A DNA stretch of 64,000 nt from Eledone cirrhosa (taxonomy: Eukaryota): the NCBI GenBank assembly GCA_964016885.1, contig OZ024758.1:8122001-8186000 (forward strand). The letters run 5' to 3'. The notes under the pieces are model-generated. The model did not search any database and was not told the origin of the DNA. It saw only the letters and a list, made by a program, of their open reading frames with translations. The translations under genes and the position numbers were made by a program. Below are positions 27,974-37,968 of this stretch, in pieces (position 1 is the first letter of the stretch; each line of letters starts with the position of its first letter).

Positions 27974-30900
27974 ACGTTTAACGTCCGTGTTCCACGCTTG
28001 CATGGGTTTGGACGGGGGTAGTCCCACTTGAGGCAAGAGTGACTGTCTTGCTCGCATAGGACTGTCTGGCAGGTTTTCTACAGCTGGATGCCCTTCCTAA
28101 CACCAACCACATTTACAGTGTGGGTCTGGGAGGATTTTACCGTGTTGCCTACACGGCCACATTACAGCGTGGACTGTGTGTTTTTTATCATATATATATA
28201 TATATTCTCAGTGCTGAAAAGTCGAAAATTTTGCTCCATACATTACTAGTAATACTATTTCATCTTAAATATATTATTAAACAGCCTACACAGCTTCATA
28301 TCGCCACCTATAATGCCTGTCTTCTGCTATCTGTTAGCATTAGTATTACTATTTCATCTTAAATAAATGTCACCACTAAGAGAACTCTCACATTTATTTT
28401 ATTTCAGTCTTTAGAATTTGCTCGAATCAACCTAACAGAACCTGCTTTAAAGGAAGCCATGGCTACTTGTGGCTTCATATACCAAATGTCATTCTATTCA
28501 AGAGAGTGGAAGTTTCATTTACCAAAAGTACTCAGTAAACTTATGGTAAATATTATTTTGTAAACCTTTATTTTCAGTTAAAACGGAAATGTGCTGACAT
28601 GTTAAAAGTTAAATTCTGTGCCAACCTCGTTAGACTTGAGTTTATCCCAGTTTAACTGATGTTAAGCAACTGAGAGTACACCAGACTTGCTCACTGCTGG
28701 TATTCACTTCATTACACCTAAGTGGATTTAATATGAAATGAAGTGTCTTGCTCAAAGACACAACATACCACCCAATCAGGGAACTGAAACCATAACTTTA
28801 TGCTCCTTAACCACTAGGCCAGGTGCTATCATATAAAGGCATATCTCTACATGTAGCATCATATAACAAAAGTACTCACTAAACTTGACAAAGATTGTCC
28901 TTTACACCAGGCATGTCAAACTGAGGGTCCCTCGAGGGCCTCATGGGTCACATATGTGTTGTTTGAGGGCCACATAGGTCACATGTGTTGTCTGAGGGCC
29001 ACATGGGTCACATATGTGTTGTCTGAGGGCCACATGGCTCACATATGTGTTGTCTGAGGGCCACATAGGTCACATATGTGTTGTCTGAGGGCCACATAGG
29101 TCACATATGTGTTGTCTGAGGGCCACATGGCTCACATATGTGTTTTCTGAGGGTCACATGGGTCACATAGGTCACATATGTGTTGTCTGAGGGTCACATG
29201 TGTTGTCTGAGGGCCACATAGGTCACGTGTTGTCTGAGAGCGACATGGGTCACATGTGTTGTCTGAGGGCCACATGGCTCACATATGTGTTGTTTGAGGG
29301 CCACATGGGTCACATATGTGTTGTCTGAGGGCCACACACGACAACTAATTGCGCACATTACAACTATTTTTTTTCATTTTATATTACAAAGATAAAACAA
29401 GCTTGCGCTATAAAAATCTTTGTGTGGGCCACAGGTGTGCTTGTAAAGGACTGCAGGCCACATGTTTGACATGCCTGCTTTAAACCTTTATTTCCAACTA
29501 AAAGGTACAGGCAGGCATGGTTATGTGGTTAATAAGTTCATTCCATAACCACCTGGCTTCAGGCTCTATCCCACTAGTCTTTGGCTGATCAATGCAGGGA
29601 GTTGTAAGGGCGCCGTATTGACATACAGCATTTCTAGGGTATTTTCAAAACTGGGAGAGTCCATCTCTTCTCCAGGTCTGAATACAGCAGATTTCTTCCA
29701 GAGAAAGATAGAGAGAATGAAAGAATGGAAGTGAGAAAGAGATATAGAGGAAGAATTGACCCCAGTACTACACTGGTACTTTTTTTGTTGACCTTGAATG
29801 GATAAAAGACAAAGTTGACTTTGGTAGGATTTGAACTCGGAGAACAGAGAGTCAAAATAATAATAATAATAATGAAATTATTGTGTACAGTGCTCAGGTG
29901 CACTACAACTCATCAAAGGTGCATGTATAGTACATAGAATAATGTACAAATGTCAGGAAAATAAACAGTGTATGAGTCATGATATAATAACAATAACGAA
30001 ATATTGTGCACAGTGCCCAGGTGCACCACAACTCATCAAAAAAGTGCATGTACAGTACATAGGGCAATGCACAAACATCAGTAAAATGAACAGTGCACGA
30101 GTCATGATACACACGTGTGCATGTGTATGGAAGGGGTACATCAGGTGTAGTTTTGGCGTATTTTGGGAAGCATGAGTGTCTTAAAGGATGCAGTGTCTCG
30201 GCAGCTAACAATTGACGCAGGCAGTTTGTTCCATGCTTCAGCAACTCTGAGCGTGAAAAAATGTCTGCGAAAGTCATGGGAGCTGTGCTGTTTTCTTATC
30301 TTGTAGGCATGTCCACGTGTGTTAGACACATGGAGATCAAAGAGGCGCTCAGGGTTGCAGTTGGCGAGATGGTTAAAAACTTTGTGGGTATTCACCAAGT
30401 CCATTGCCAGACGTCGGAGCTTCAATGAATCCATGCCCAGGGAAGCAAGGCGTTCAGAGTATGGTAGGTGTCTGATGGAGGGTATGCGCTTGGTTGCACG
30501 TCTCTGAACAGTTTCCAGGAGGTCAATGTTCCGAGCAAGATAGGGGTTCCAGACTGATGATGCGAATTCCAAGTGTGGTCGCACCATAGCTGTATACAGT
30601 TTTAAATAGATGGCTGGAGAGCGGCTAACAAAGGTCTTGCTGAGTGATGCCAAGACACCCTCGGCCTTCTTGACAATCTTAGAGACATGCTTTGTCCAAC
30701 GCAAATCGTTGCTGACAGTAATGCCCAGGTCACGTTCACAAGAATGAACCACAAAGCATTCTATCTGACATTCTATCTGACATTCTTAATACACATCAAA
30801 CTAAAACTATTTGTTTGCATATTGTGAAAATTCAAGTTAAAAAATTCTGTTGTTGCTAGCTTAGGAAACCCTTTTTTTCCAAATAAAATGGCTAAAAAAA

Positions 30901-33900
30901 ATCATCTTTGTCATAAATTGGAAGTCGAAGATTCTGGTAGACTAATGTATTTTTCTCCTTGCTAAAATGGAAACGGGGACTTAAATGTCTGAGGGTCGGA
31001 CATAAGAACTAAATGCACCATATTTTATTTGAAAATTTACGATGCTTTTCAGAATACATGACAAAGAACTTCACCATGGCTTGTTAAGTAAACCAGAAAG
31101 CTGCAATTAGTTATTTAAAACTCTCAATTGTAATAATTATTCTTTCAATTTAAATGTTGAATATTTTATATATTTCTAAGTTTTGTAGCCATGTTCAGTT
31201 ACTTACTGTATATACTTGAATATAAACCAATCCAAATATAAGCTGATCCTGCCTCTTTTATGTCTGAGAACATAAGTTGGTGACATCTGACTTTGAAAGT
31301 AATATATGCCGGCCTCCCATCCATATCTGTTGTTGTACTTAAAAGGAGAGTAAGATTTGCTGGCCACTGCCATCGTGCCACCTATGAGGCTGTGTCCCCA
31401 TTAGTGCTTTGGAAACCACAAGCAGTCACTAATAACAGGGGTCACAAGCTCTCCTATCACAATCTCATCTCCAGAGATTCTGGTATTGAAATCCAGGACT
31501 TGGCAACGTCAATGAACGACAGACCCACGTGGAGATCAATTGTTGAGTCGATTTCGGCTGAGGCTGCCGAATGATGATGATGATGTCTGAGAAATGGGCA
31601 AAAATCCCAACTCATTGATATGCCATGGCAGTTGATCAACACATTGTTTTAATGGCGTATATAAACCGACCCTCACCCAATTTTACCATCGATATTTTTG
31701 GTCTTATGTTCCTCAACTTATAATTAAGCCTATCCCGATTTGCTGCCCACTGCCATCGTGCCACCTATGAGGCTGTGTCCCCATTAGTGCTTTGGAAACC
31801 ACAAGCAGTCACTAATAACAGGGGGCATAAGCTCTCCTATCCCGATTTCTGTTTTCTCTCTACTTTTCTCAATTATTTTTTCAGACCAGCTTTGTGTACA
31901 TGTGTCAAACATTTGTGTCCCTTCTAGTTCAACCACGATACCTGCAATATTTACTTGAGGTCAGTGTCTTACTTGTTCTTTTTTTCCTTATTTTTCTTTA
32001 TATTCTTTGTTCTGGATCTGGTCGAGGAGGAACAAAAAAAGACTTCTAAAACCGTTTAAGGGCCTCGTGTTTGTAGTTTAGCAAGGGAGGCAACTCTGAA
32101 TGAGCCATGGTTGTATTGTTAGCGGTGGCAATGACACTTGATGTCTCACCGCTATCATAACTACCAATGTTATGTTTCCAAACTCAAGAAAGGGTTTAGA
32201 GATAAGTTTGAAAACAGAGGCGATGGAGAGGAGTTCTAATATCTCCAATATCTGCACCAGGTCTTGGAGATAAAATTTTTCAAATTAGATTTTAATTTTC
32301 AGTCAACTTTAAAATTTAGGGAGGGAGGGTAATAAAATATTCTCTAAAACAGGATAGTGGGTCCACAAAATGAGGAATTCTGAGGTGTGTGCTTGTTTCG
32401 TAGACCTCGAAAGGGGACATGACTGCATTCTATGGGACATCTTGTGGAAAGCTCTGCAGGAGTATGGGATCAATGGACAGCTTCTTGTTGCCCTGAGTAG
32501 CAACTGAGACAGATGTGATATGGTCACAGCTTAAGACAGTCACAGTGTGACTTTATATGCTTTTTATACAGAAACATATCACATATGCCTTCATGTACAC
32601 TTCACTTAGCTGCCCGTAAAATATGTCAGCTTTAGTTATTCAATAAATGGTTAAATAAAATTTTTCAAATTATTAAATTTTGATTTTCAATGTATAATTT
32701 TCAGTCAACTTTAAAATGTGGGGAGGGTGGTGTAGTAAAATATTCTCTAAAAAAGGATAGTGGGCCACAAAATATTAAAGGAATTCTGTTTTGATAATAG
32801 GAGATAATATAATTATGCTGCTAAATGACTGCTACTGTGGTATTACAACCAACAAACAACGCCACCTAGTTCTGGGCATTGAGAAACATTCTGGCCCATT
32901 GAAGTAGCTTGAGGGAGGTAGAGGGGCCTTTGATTAGAGGAATTGCTGTCAAAAGGTGCTAATCAATTTATGCAACTAAGACCATCAATTGCCCTAACCT
33001 GTAATTAAATACATTCAGAAAAATCGAAGCTAACCTCAAACTCAAGCCAGACAAACCTTATACCTATACTCCCCCTCAGACACTCTACCATAGAGATTGG
33101 ATCACTGTACGGACACACAACGTTTCTAAAGCATTCTAAAACCTGGTGGAACCCATCTTTCCTGGTCTGAATACAACAGATTTCTTCTATAGAAGGAAAG
33201 AGAGAAGGAGAGGAAGTGAGAAAAAGATATAGAAGAATAATTGACTCCAGTACTTGACTGGTACTTTTTTTATTTACTCCGAAAGGATGAAAAGCAAAGT
33301 TGACCTCGCTGGGATTTGAACCCAGATCACAGGAATACCATTCTGTCTGACATTTTAGTGACTCGGCCAATTTGCCATCCACTAAATACAATAAATTCTC
33401 CCCTTACTTTCTTTTTTTTATATACTTTCAGCATGCTGGTTCTACAAGAGAAGATCTTAATGGGAAACACCAATTTCTTAATATAGCTTCCAAGCCTGCC
33501 TTTTTAGCACATTCCACACACGATGAGTTAGAACAACCAACAGCACAGTGTCTAAAAACACAAAAAAAGTGAGTTCATTTTATACTTTTATTAATTATGA
33601 GAGAGCGGTGGATTGGCAGAATCGGTAGAGCGTTGGACACCATGCTTTACAGCATAGAGTTACGACCCTTTACGCTATGAGGTTAGCTTTGCCTTTCATC
33701 CTTACTGGGTCAATAATATAAAGTACCAGTAATACACTCCGGTTGATTTAATCGACTTTCCCCTCCCCTTCAAATTGCTCTGACTTGTGCCTAGACTAGA
33801 AATCATTATTTCATGTTTCGTTAGGGCGGTAGGTTGGCAGTATCGGTAGAGGGTCGGGCGCCATGCTTTGACGCATAGAGTTACGGCCCTTTATGATCTG

Positions 33901-36900
33901 AGTTCAAATCCCGCCGAGGTTAACTTTGCCTTTCATCGTCCTTACGGGGTCGATAAAATAAAGTACCAGTAATGCACTGGGATAATTGCTGGCCTAGTGC
34001 TAAAATGTATATATCCTTCCATACATACATGTATATATCCTACCATACATGTATATATCCTTCCATACATAGATGTATATATCCTTCCATACATACATGT
34101 ATATATATCCTTCCATACATAGATGTATATATCCTACCATACATACATGTATATATCCTACCATACATACATGTATATATCCTTCCATACATACATGTAT
34201 ATATCCTTCCATACATACATGTATATATCCTACCATACATACATGTATATATCCTTCCATACATATGTGTATATATCCTTCCTTACATGTATATATCCTA
34301 CTATACATACATGTATATATCCTTCCATACATAGGTGTATATATCCTTCCATACATACATGTATATATCCTTCCATACATACATGTATATATCCTTCCAT
34401 ACATACATGTATATATCCTTCCATACATACATGTATATATCCTTCCATACATAGGTGTATATATCCTTCCATACATAGGTGTATATATCCTTCCATACAT
34501 AGGTATATATATCCTTCCATACATACATGTATATATCCTTCCATACATAGATGTGTATATATCCTTCCATACATAGATGTATATATATCCTACCATACAT
34601 AGGTGTATATATCCTTCTATACATACATGTATATATCCTTCCATACATAGATGTGTATATATCCTTCCATACATACATGTATATATATCCTTCCATACAT
34701 ACATGTATATATCCTACCATACATACATGTATATATCCTACCATACATACATGTATATATCCTACCATACATACATGTATATATCCTACCATACATACAT
34801 GTATATATCCTTCCATACATACATGTATATATCCTTCCATACATACATGTATATATCCTTCCATACATACATGTATATATCCTTCCATACATACATGTAT
34901 CCTACCATACATACATGTATATATATCCTACCATACATACATGTATATATATCCTACCATACATACATGTATATATATCCTACCATACATACATGTATAT
35001 ATATCCTACCATACATACATGTATATATATCCTACCATACATACATGTATATATATCCTTCCATACATACATGTATATATCCTACCATACATACATGTAT
35101 ATATATCCTACCATACATACATGTATATATCCTTCCATCATTTACTTAACTCTTTAAGATATCCAATTAGTAATATCTTTATCTCCACGCTATCTATGTT
35201 TTCTTCTGCAGTATAATGGCCATTGTAGGAATCTGTTTATCTGGCCTACGTCAGTTTACTCCAGACCTCTGTGAAATTCTTATGGACCAGGTAATGAATT
35301 GTTCTAATTTACTTCACTACTGTATATATGAGAGATTCCAAGATTCTCGTCCTTCCAGTTTTCTGGCTCTGTTTATTCTTTGCAGTAAATTTTGTTGGTA
35401 AAGAACTTCAGTGTGACCATAGATGTTTCTTAATTCCAACAGCTTTGTAACTAGTTAAAGGTTTTGAAGAAGCCTTGATTGATTTTAATGAACTTACCAA
35501 AAACCTAGACACTGAACCTGTATTCAAGATACAGATTAAGCACTTACTGTATCATCATTGTTTGACATCCATCTTCCACGTTGAATATAAGCTGGCCCAA
35601 CTATTATGTCTGAGAAATGGGTAAAAATACAAACCTTATTTAGGTAGAATTTGAAGTTGGTGAAAATATTGACTCCAAATATAAGCCAACTCCTTTCTAC
35701 CATTGAGTTTTTGGTCACATATTCCTTGGCTTATATTTCAGTATATATACAGTAAGTGAAGAGACATAAAAAAATGACTGGTAAGTGTAGATGATCAGGT
35801 AGCAACTACTGCAGCTATCAATATGAACTAACAAAAGCTTATACAAAGCTAGTGTATCTATTGTTCACAGTTATTAGGCTGCTTGTTGAGAAAGCTCTAG
35901 AGAACATCGATTTTTTTTTTTTTTTGTTACATATTTTTCAGCTTATATTCTAGTATATACTGTAGTTTCTGCAATAACTGGATTTCACTTTTTCTAAAAT
36001 AAAAATCTGTTTTAATTTTACTTTCTAGAGTATGGATGTCAGTCGATATGTTCCTTTCCTCGCTATTGGTTTCAATGCTCCATCTCTTCAGCAAGATGCT
36101 CAACCAACATTTGGAACTTTACTTGCTTGTATCAACATGTGTATGACATTCCTCCCAAAAGTATGTATAGATTTTATTTTAGATTTCTTTGTTTGTTTGT
36201 AAAGTGGTCATGACAAAAAGCACCCAGTATACACACTAAATATGGTTGGCGTTAAGAAGGGCATCCAGCCATAGAAACCAAGCCAGAATTGGTTCTGTAT
36301 GACCATGATATGGTCATTCGTCTTACCCATGCTTGTGTGGAAAAATAAATGTTAAATAGTGATGTACACTTATAAGCTGACTGCCACAGCTTGATTTTCT
36401 CTTGGAGTGGACTCACCTCAAAGTAGCTGAGCCATGATTGATAAGCTGATCACACTTGTAAATAATACTTTGCTACTTATTTTATTGACCTTGAGGAGAA
36501 AAGGTAAAATAACCATGTGATTACGTCTGTTTCCATGCTATTGTGGTATTGATTTTGTTTTTTTTACTTCACCTTTCACAGGGTTTATAAAATATAGTAC
36601 CAGTGAAGTATTAGGGTTGATGTAATCAACTTAGCCCTTCCCATAAATTTGCTGGCCTTGTGCCTAAATTAGAAATTATTATTATTATGTAAATGTGTGT
36701 GTATGCATTTCTTTGTCTAAATTTTTATCAATAACAGAAAATAATTTCAAATTTTTACCTTTAACTTGGATTTTTTTTATTTGAACAGATTGATCCCAGA
36801 GCTTCTCCACAAAAAGGAAATGATTTCATCAGTCACAATATACCTAAGTAAGTAACAGCAATACATAACTTGATCTAGGAACTTATTTGCATTAAGACAA

Positions 36901-37926
36901 TATATTTACAAGGCTGAGCCTTTTAAAGAGAAGTATGATTCAATCAACTCCAATAAAAGCTTTTTTTAGATTGGTTTTCAATTGTATCTGATTTGGATGG
37001 AAGGTATTTCTTGCTTCATATCTTTTGTTTCCATTTTACAGACATTTGGTGCTGTTTGTTCTAGAAAATGCATTAATGTTGATCATGTCCCAAGCTTGTC
37101 GCTATCTAAAGGAACCAACTCTTTCAGCTAGAGAGAAACAACTTCTTAAAAGAGAGCTTGGAGCTGACCTTGTAAGTAAAAATGGAGTTTACTATATAAT
37201 TTCTGGGTATTTAAAACATTTACAAAATTATAATTTAAACTCTTCCATTGAAATATCAAACTTATATTGAATAACCAGATGTCATTGGATGAATTTTAAA
37301 TAAACTGAACTTGTTAAATAAACAAGTATTCTGATTAATGGCTTTTATAAAAACAAAGTGTTGATGAGTTTATGTGACCCAGAAAACATTGAATCAGGAT
37401 GAAGGACTTAACTATTGACAATAATTGCCAAACTTAATAAAACTGATAAAAAAGTACCAGTTTAGTACTGGGATAGATTCTTCCTTTAATATCTCTTTCT
37501 CCACCCTCTCTACTCTGGAAGAGCTCTGCCAGGTTTTAAAATGCCCTAGAAACCCCTTATGGCATCCCTACAACTCTCTCAGGAGTGATGGGACTATACA
37601 TTTATAGGAAAGGAACAGTTATAATAACTCAAATGAATCTTCAATATCATTTCTACAATAAGAAATTTAAAAAAAATTGTAAACTTTTTTTTTTTTGTTT
37701 TTTGCAGAATACATTTTTACAATCAATGCATCGACATATTCGTAAAGGTGGTGCCACCCCTATCTCTCCATGTGGAAGTCAACCTCAACAACAACAGACA
37801 GTTTCTAATACTTCCCCGACAGGTCTAGCAATTGGACGCAGCACAAGTCAAACAGGTTTTTCATCAAATCCAGAACAAGCTTTTTACAAATTAGTTAGTG
37901 AATTTGTAACAAAAGTATTACGATAG
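3647..37926 (+). CDS. NUP188: Nucleoporin NUP188, 5'-partial gene; 29 coding exons joined in frame (3328 nt), stop TAG at 37924-37926
   Basis: The spliced peptide is colinear with human NUP188 as I recall it ([76 protein letters not shown]). Every intron is GT-AG and exon phases match. Confidence 0.97.
4326..4804. mobile_element. piggyBac-like MITE family B with a nested retroposon fragment; relatives at 18843-19085, ~24968-25358, 39850-40052
   Basis: TTAA-CCCTTTTG...CAAAAGGG-TTAA. Confidence 0.75.
5067..5187 (+). CDS. NUP188: NUP188 exon (ELSQLP...[15 protein letters not shown])
   Basis: ttccag|...|gtaatc; homology. Confidence 0.95.
5545..5620 (+). CDS. NUP188: NUP188 exon ([24 protein letters not shown])
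   Basis: gttag|...|gtaaga; phases 1/2 fit. Confidence 0.92.
6044..6163 (+). CDS. NUP188: NUP188 exon ([21 protein letters not shown]...)
   Basis: tttcag|...|gtaatc; YTEAGQ motif. Confidence 0.95.
6808..7051 (+). CDS. NUP188: NUP188 exon (STNTKGND...LLLKRLAV)
   Basis: ttccag|...|gtaagt; homology. Confidence 0.96.
7119..7316. mobile_element. mariner-like MITE; relatives at ~1110-1442, ~9343-9520, ~15945-16337, ~25706-25876, ~57707-57885
   Basis: TA-CGAGGG...TAGGCTGA and TCAGCCTATGAACTTTTCAAC.CACCCTCA-TA terminal inverted repeats. Confidence 0.75.
8693..8782 (+). CDS. NUP188: NUP188 exon ([30 protein letters not shown])
   Basis: aacag|...|gttcgg; homology. Confidence 0.94.
9782..9901 (+). 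CDS. NUP188: NUP188 exon ([10 protein letters not shown]...[12 protein letters not shown]...GKK)
   Basis: tttag|...|gtatgt; homology. Confidence 0.96.
10255..10303 (-). ncRNA. Minimal type I hammerhead ribozyme motif (Penelope pLTR type), C3->A variant
   Basis: ACGCCUU-AUGAUGA-GGGUC(CAAUUA)GAUCC-GAAA-AUCAAU-UA-AAGGUGU. Confidence 0.7.
11331..11396 (+). CDS. NUP188: NUP188 exon ([22 protein letters not shown])
   Basis: tttcag|...|gtaaag. Confidence 0.93.
11950..12361. mobile_element. hAT-like MITE with an internal ~3x56 bp tandem
   Basis: TIR (T/C)AGGGGTGTGCAAC; degenerate 8-bp TSD atttagat/gtttagaa. Confidence 0.75.
12660..12763 (+). CDS. NUP188: NUP188 exon ([10 protein letters not shown]...FLHALW...VLRTK)
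   Basis: cacag|...|gtaagt; homology. Confidence 0.95.
13666..13738 (+). CDS. NUP188: NUP188 exon ([24 protein letters not shown])
   Basis: aacag|...|gtaagt; phase fit. Confidence 0.9.
14630..15112. repeat. Minisatellite, 30-bp unit CAACAAATAATACCCCACCATGTCTACAGC with 40-bp variants, ~15 copies
   Basis: Read directly from sequence. Confidence 0.95.
15158..15240 (+). CDS. NUP188: NUP188 exon ([27 protein letters not shown])
   Basis: ttacag|...|gtaagc; phase fit. Confidence 0.88.
15380..15847. repeat. Minisatellite, 60-bp unit, ~7.8 copies
   Basis: Units align line to line. Confidence 0.97.
16717..16792 (+). CDS. NUP188: NUP188 exon ([25 protein letters not shown])
   Basis: taacag|...|gtacgt; R..YWS motif. 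Confidence 0.9.
17103..17447. repeat. Tandem 84-bp unit, ~4 copies, SINE-derived
   Basis: Units start at 17187, 17271, 17355. Confidence 0.93.
17631..17771 (+). CDS. NUP188: NUP188 exon ([11 protein letters not shown]...[14 protein letters not shown])
   Basis: taatag|...|gtatgt. Confidence 0.92.
18465..18539 (+). CDS. NUP188: NUP188 exon ([25 protein letters not shown])
   Basis: tttcag|...|gtaagg. Confidence 0.92.
19058..19381. repeat. Tandem 48-bp unit, ~6.7 copies, containing a MITE end
   Basis: CTAGAAATATGGTAATGAAAGGGTTAAAGACATAGGTAGTGTCTTACA. Confidence 0.96.
20636..20721 (+). CDS. NUP188: NUP188 exon ([28 protein letters not shown])
   Basis: tgtag|...|gtaaat; phase fit. Confidence 0.9.
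20827..20990. repeat. Tandem 35-bp unit, ~4.7 copies
   Basis: GTCTTTGGCCATGCTGGGGCACCAGTTTATCACTA. Confidence 0.95.
21297..21670. repeat. Degenerate (CAC/CAT)n low-complexity tract with an internal duplication
   Basis: GTAAGTGGACATCACC occurs twice. Confidence 0.9.
22271..22425 (+). CDS. NUP188: NUP188 exon ([13 protein letters not shown]...QNHQQTN)
   Basis: ttccag|...|gtaagt; phase fit. Confidence 0.9.
22848..23005 (+). CDS. NUP188: NUP188 exon ([16 protein letters not shown]...QNTKLK)
   Basis: ttctag|...|gtaaaa; phase fit. Confidence 0.9.
23415..23465 (+). ncRNA. Minimal type I hammerhead ribozyme motif with U3:A8 core covariation
   Basis: UAUUUCACAU-UUGAGAA-GAGGGU(GAUA)GCCCC-GAAA-UA-UC-AUGUUGAAAUA. 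Confidence 0.65.
23603..23870 (+). mobile_element. Decayed 3' end of a restriction-like-endonuclease non-LTR retrotransposon (R4/Dong-like)
   Basis: Frameshifted translation KAN.P...[10 protein letters not shown]...FKYKDVEIE...KTKIIP.IIGVLG...LLGTVHIL. Confidence 0.65.
24323..24454 (+). CDS. NUP188: NUP188 exon ([11 protein letters not shown]...[14 protein letters not shown])
   Basis: cttcag|...|gtaagt; homology. Confidence 0.93.
25947..26015 (+). CDS. NUP188: NUP188 exon ([23 protein letters not shown])
   Basis: ttacag|...|gtaagc. Confidence 0.93.
26069..26249 (+). mobile_element. Young tRNA-derived SINE (Meta-domain-like GCCTTTCATCC...GGGTCGATAAAAT...GTACCAG); more than 15 copies in the window
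   Basis: A/B boxes (TGGCAGTATCGG, GAGTTCAAATCCC) and a 19-bp TSD. Confidence 0.85.
26531..26638 (+). CDS. NUP188: NUP188 exon ([22 protein letters not shown]...)
   Basis: tgtag|...|gtaagt. Confidence 0.92.
26807..26953 (+). CDS. NUP188: NUP188 exon (ERNISDD...[15 protein letters not shown])
   Basis: ttacag|...|gtatgt; strong homology. Confidence 0.96.
27410..27970 (+). mobile_element. RTE (BovB-like) LINE 3' remnant with (CAT)n tail
   Basis: [12 protein letters not shown]...[21 protein letters not shown]...C..CG. Confidence 0.8.
28408..28545 (+). CDS. NUP188: NUP188 exon (SLEFARINL...[14 protein letters not shown])
   Basis: tttcag|...|gtaaat; EW.FHLP motif. Confidence 0.95.
28908..29477. 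mobile_element. hAT-like MITE with an internal ~31 bp minisatellite
   Basis: Perfect 14-bp TIR CAGGCATGTCAAAC; 8-bp TSD ctttacac/ctttaaac. Confidence 0.85.
29857..30745 (-). mobile_element. 5'-truncated CR1-clade LINE with intact ~200 aa ORF2 end and (ATT)n tail
   Basis: ERDLGITV...[20 protein letters not shown]...[10 protein letters not shown]...TRGH...[14 protein letters not shown]. Confidence 0.93.
31271..31582 (+). mobile_element. RTE-like LINE 3' fragment with (TGA)n tail and 11-bp TSD
   Basis: [11 protein letters not shown]...LVLWKP...MNDRPTWR; ATGTCTGAGAA at 31260 and 31583. Confidence 0.8.
31885..31959 (+). CDS. NUP188: NUP188 exon ([25 protein letters not shown])
   Basis: tttcag|...|gtcagt. 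Confidence 0.93.
32385..32500 (+). mobile_element. RTE reverse transcriptase fragment
   Basis: CACFVDLE...[16 protein letters not shown]. Confidence 0.65.
33432..33568 (+). CDS. NUP188: NUP188 exon (HAGSTREDL...CLKTQK)
   Basis: tttcag|...|gtgagt; phase fit. Confidence 0.9.
34004..35138. repeat. Minisatellite, 24-bp unit ATATCCTTCCATACATACATGTAT (26-bp variants), ~45 copies
   Basis: Read directly from sequence. Confidence 0.97.
35212..35290 (+). CDS. NUP188: NUP188 exon ([26 protein letters not shown])
   Basis: ctgcag|...|gtaatg; FTPD motif. Confidence 0.95.
36029..36160 (+). CDS. NUP188: NUP188 exon (SMDVSRY...[19 protein letters not shown])
   Basis: ttctag|...|gtatgt; FGTLLA motif. Confidence 0.95.
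36789..36847 (+). CDS. NUP188: NUP188 exon ([19 protein letters not shown])
   Basis: aacag|...|gtaagt; phase fit. Confidence 0.88.
37042..37171 (+). CDS. NUP188: NUP188 exon ([11 protein letters not shown]...KRELGADL)
   Basis: ttacag|...|gtaagt; homology. Confidence 0.95.
37708..37926 (+). CDS. NUP188: NUP188 last coding exon ([10 protein letters not shown]...EFVTKVLR*)
   Basis: ttgcag| to TAG; resembles the human C-terminus. Confidence 0.95.
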   Translation, partial: NTFLQSMHRHIRKGGATPISPCGSQPQQQQTVSNTSPTGLAIGRSTSQTGFSSNPEQAFYKLVSEFVTKVLR

Positions 37927-37968
37927 CATCGAAATGATAAAATATTTAAAATTTGAAACAGCTTTGCA

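Noticed and set aside
33972-35216. Long ORFs (YILPYIHV / MYGRIYTC repeats)
   Set aside because: Translations of the 24-bp minisatellite, open in many frames and lying inside an intron.
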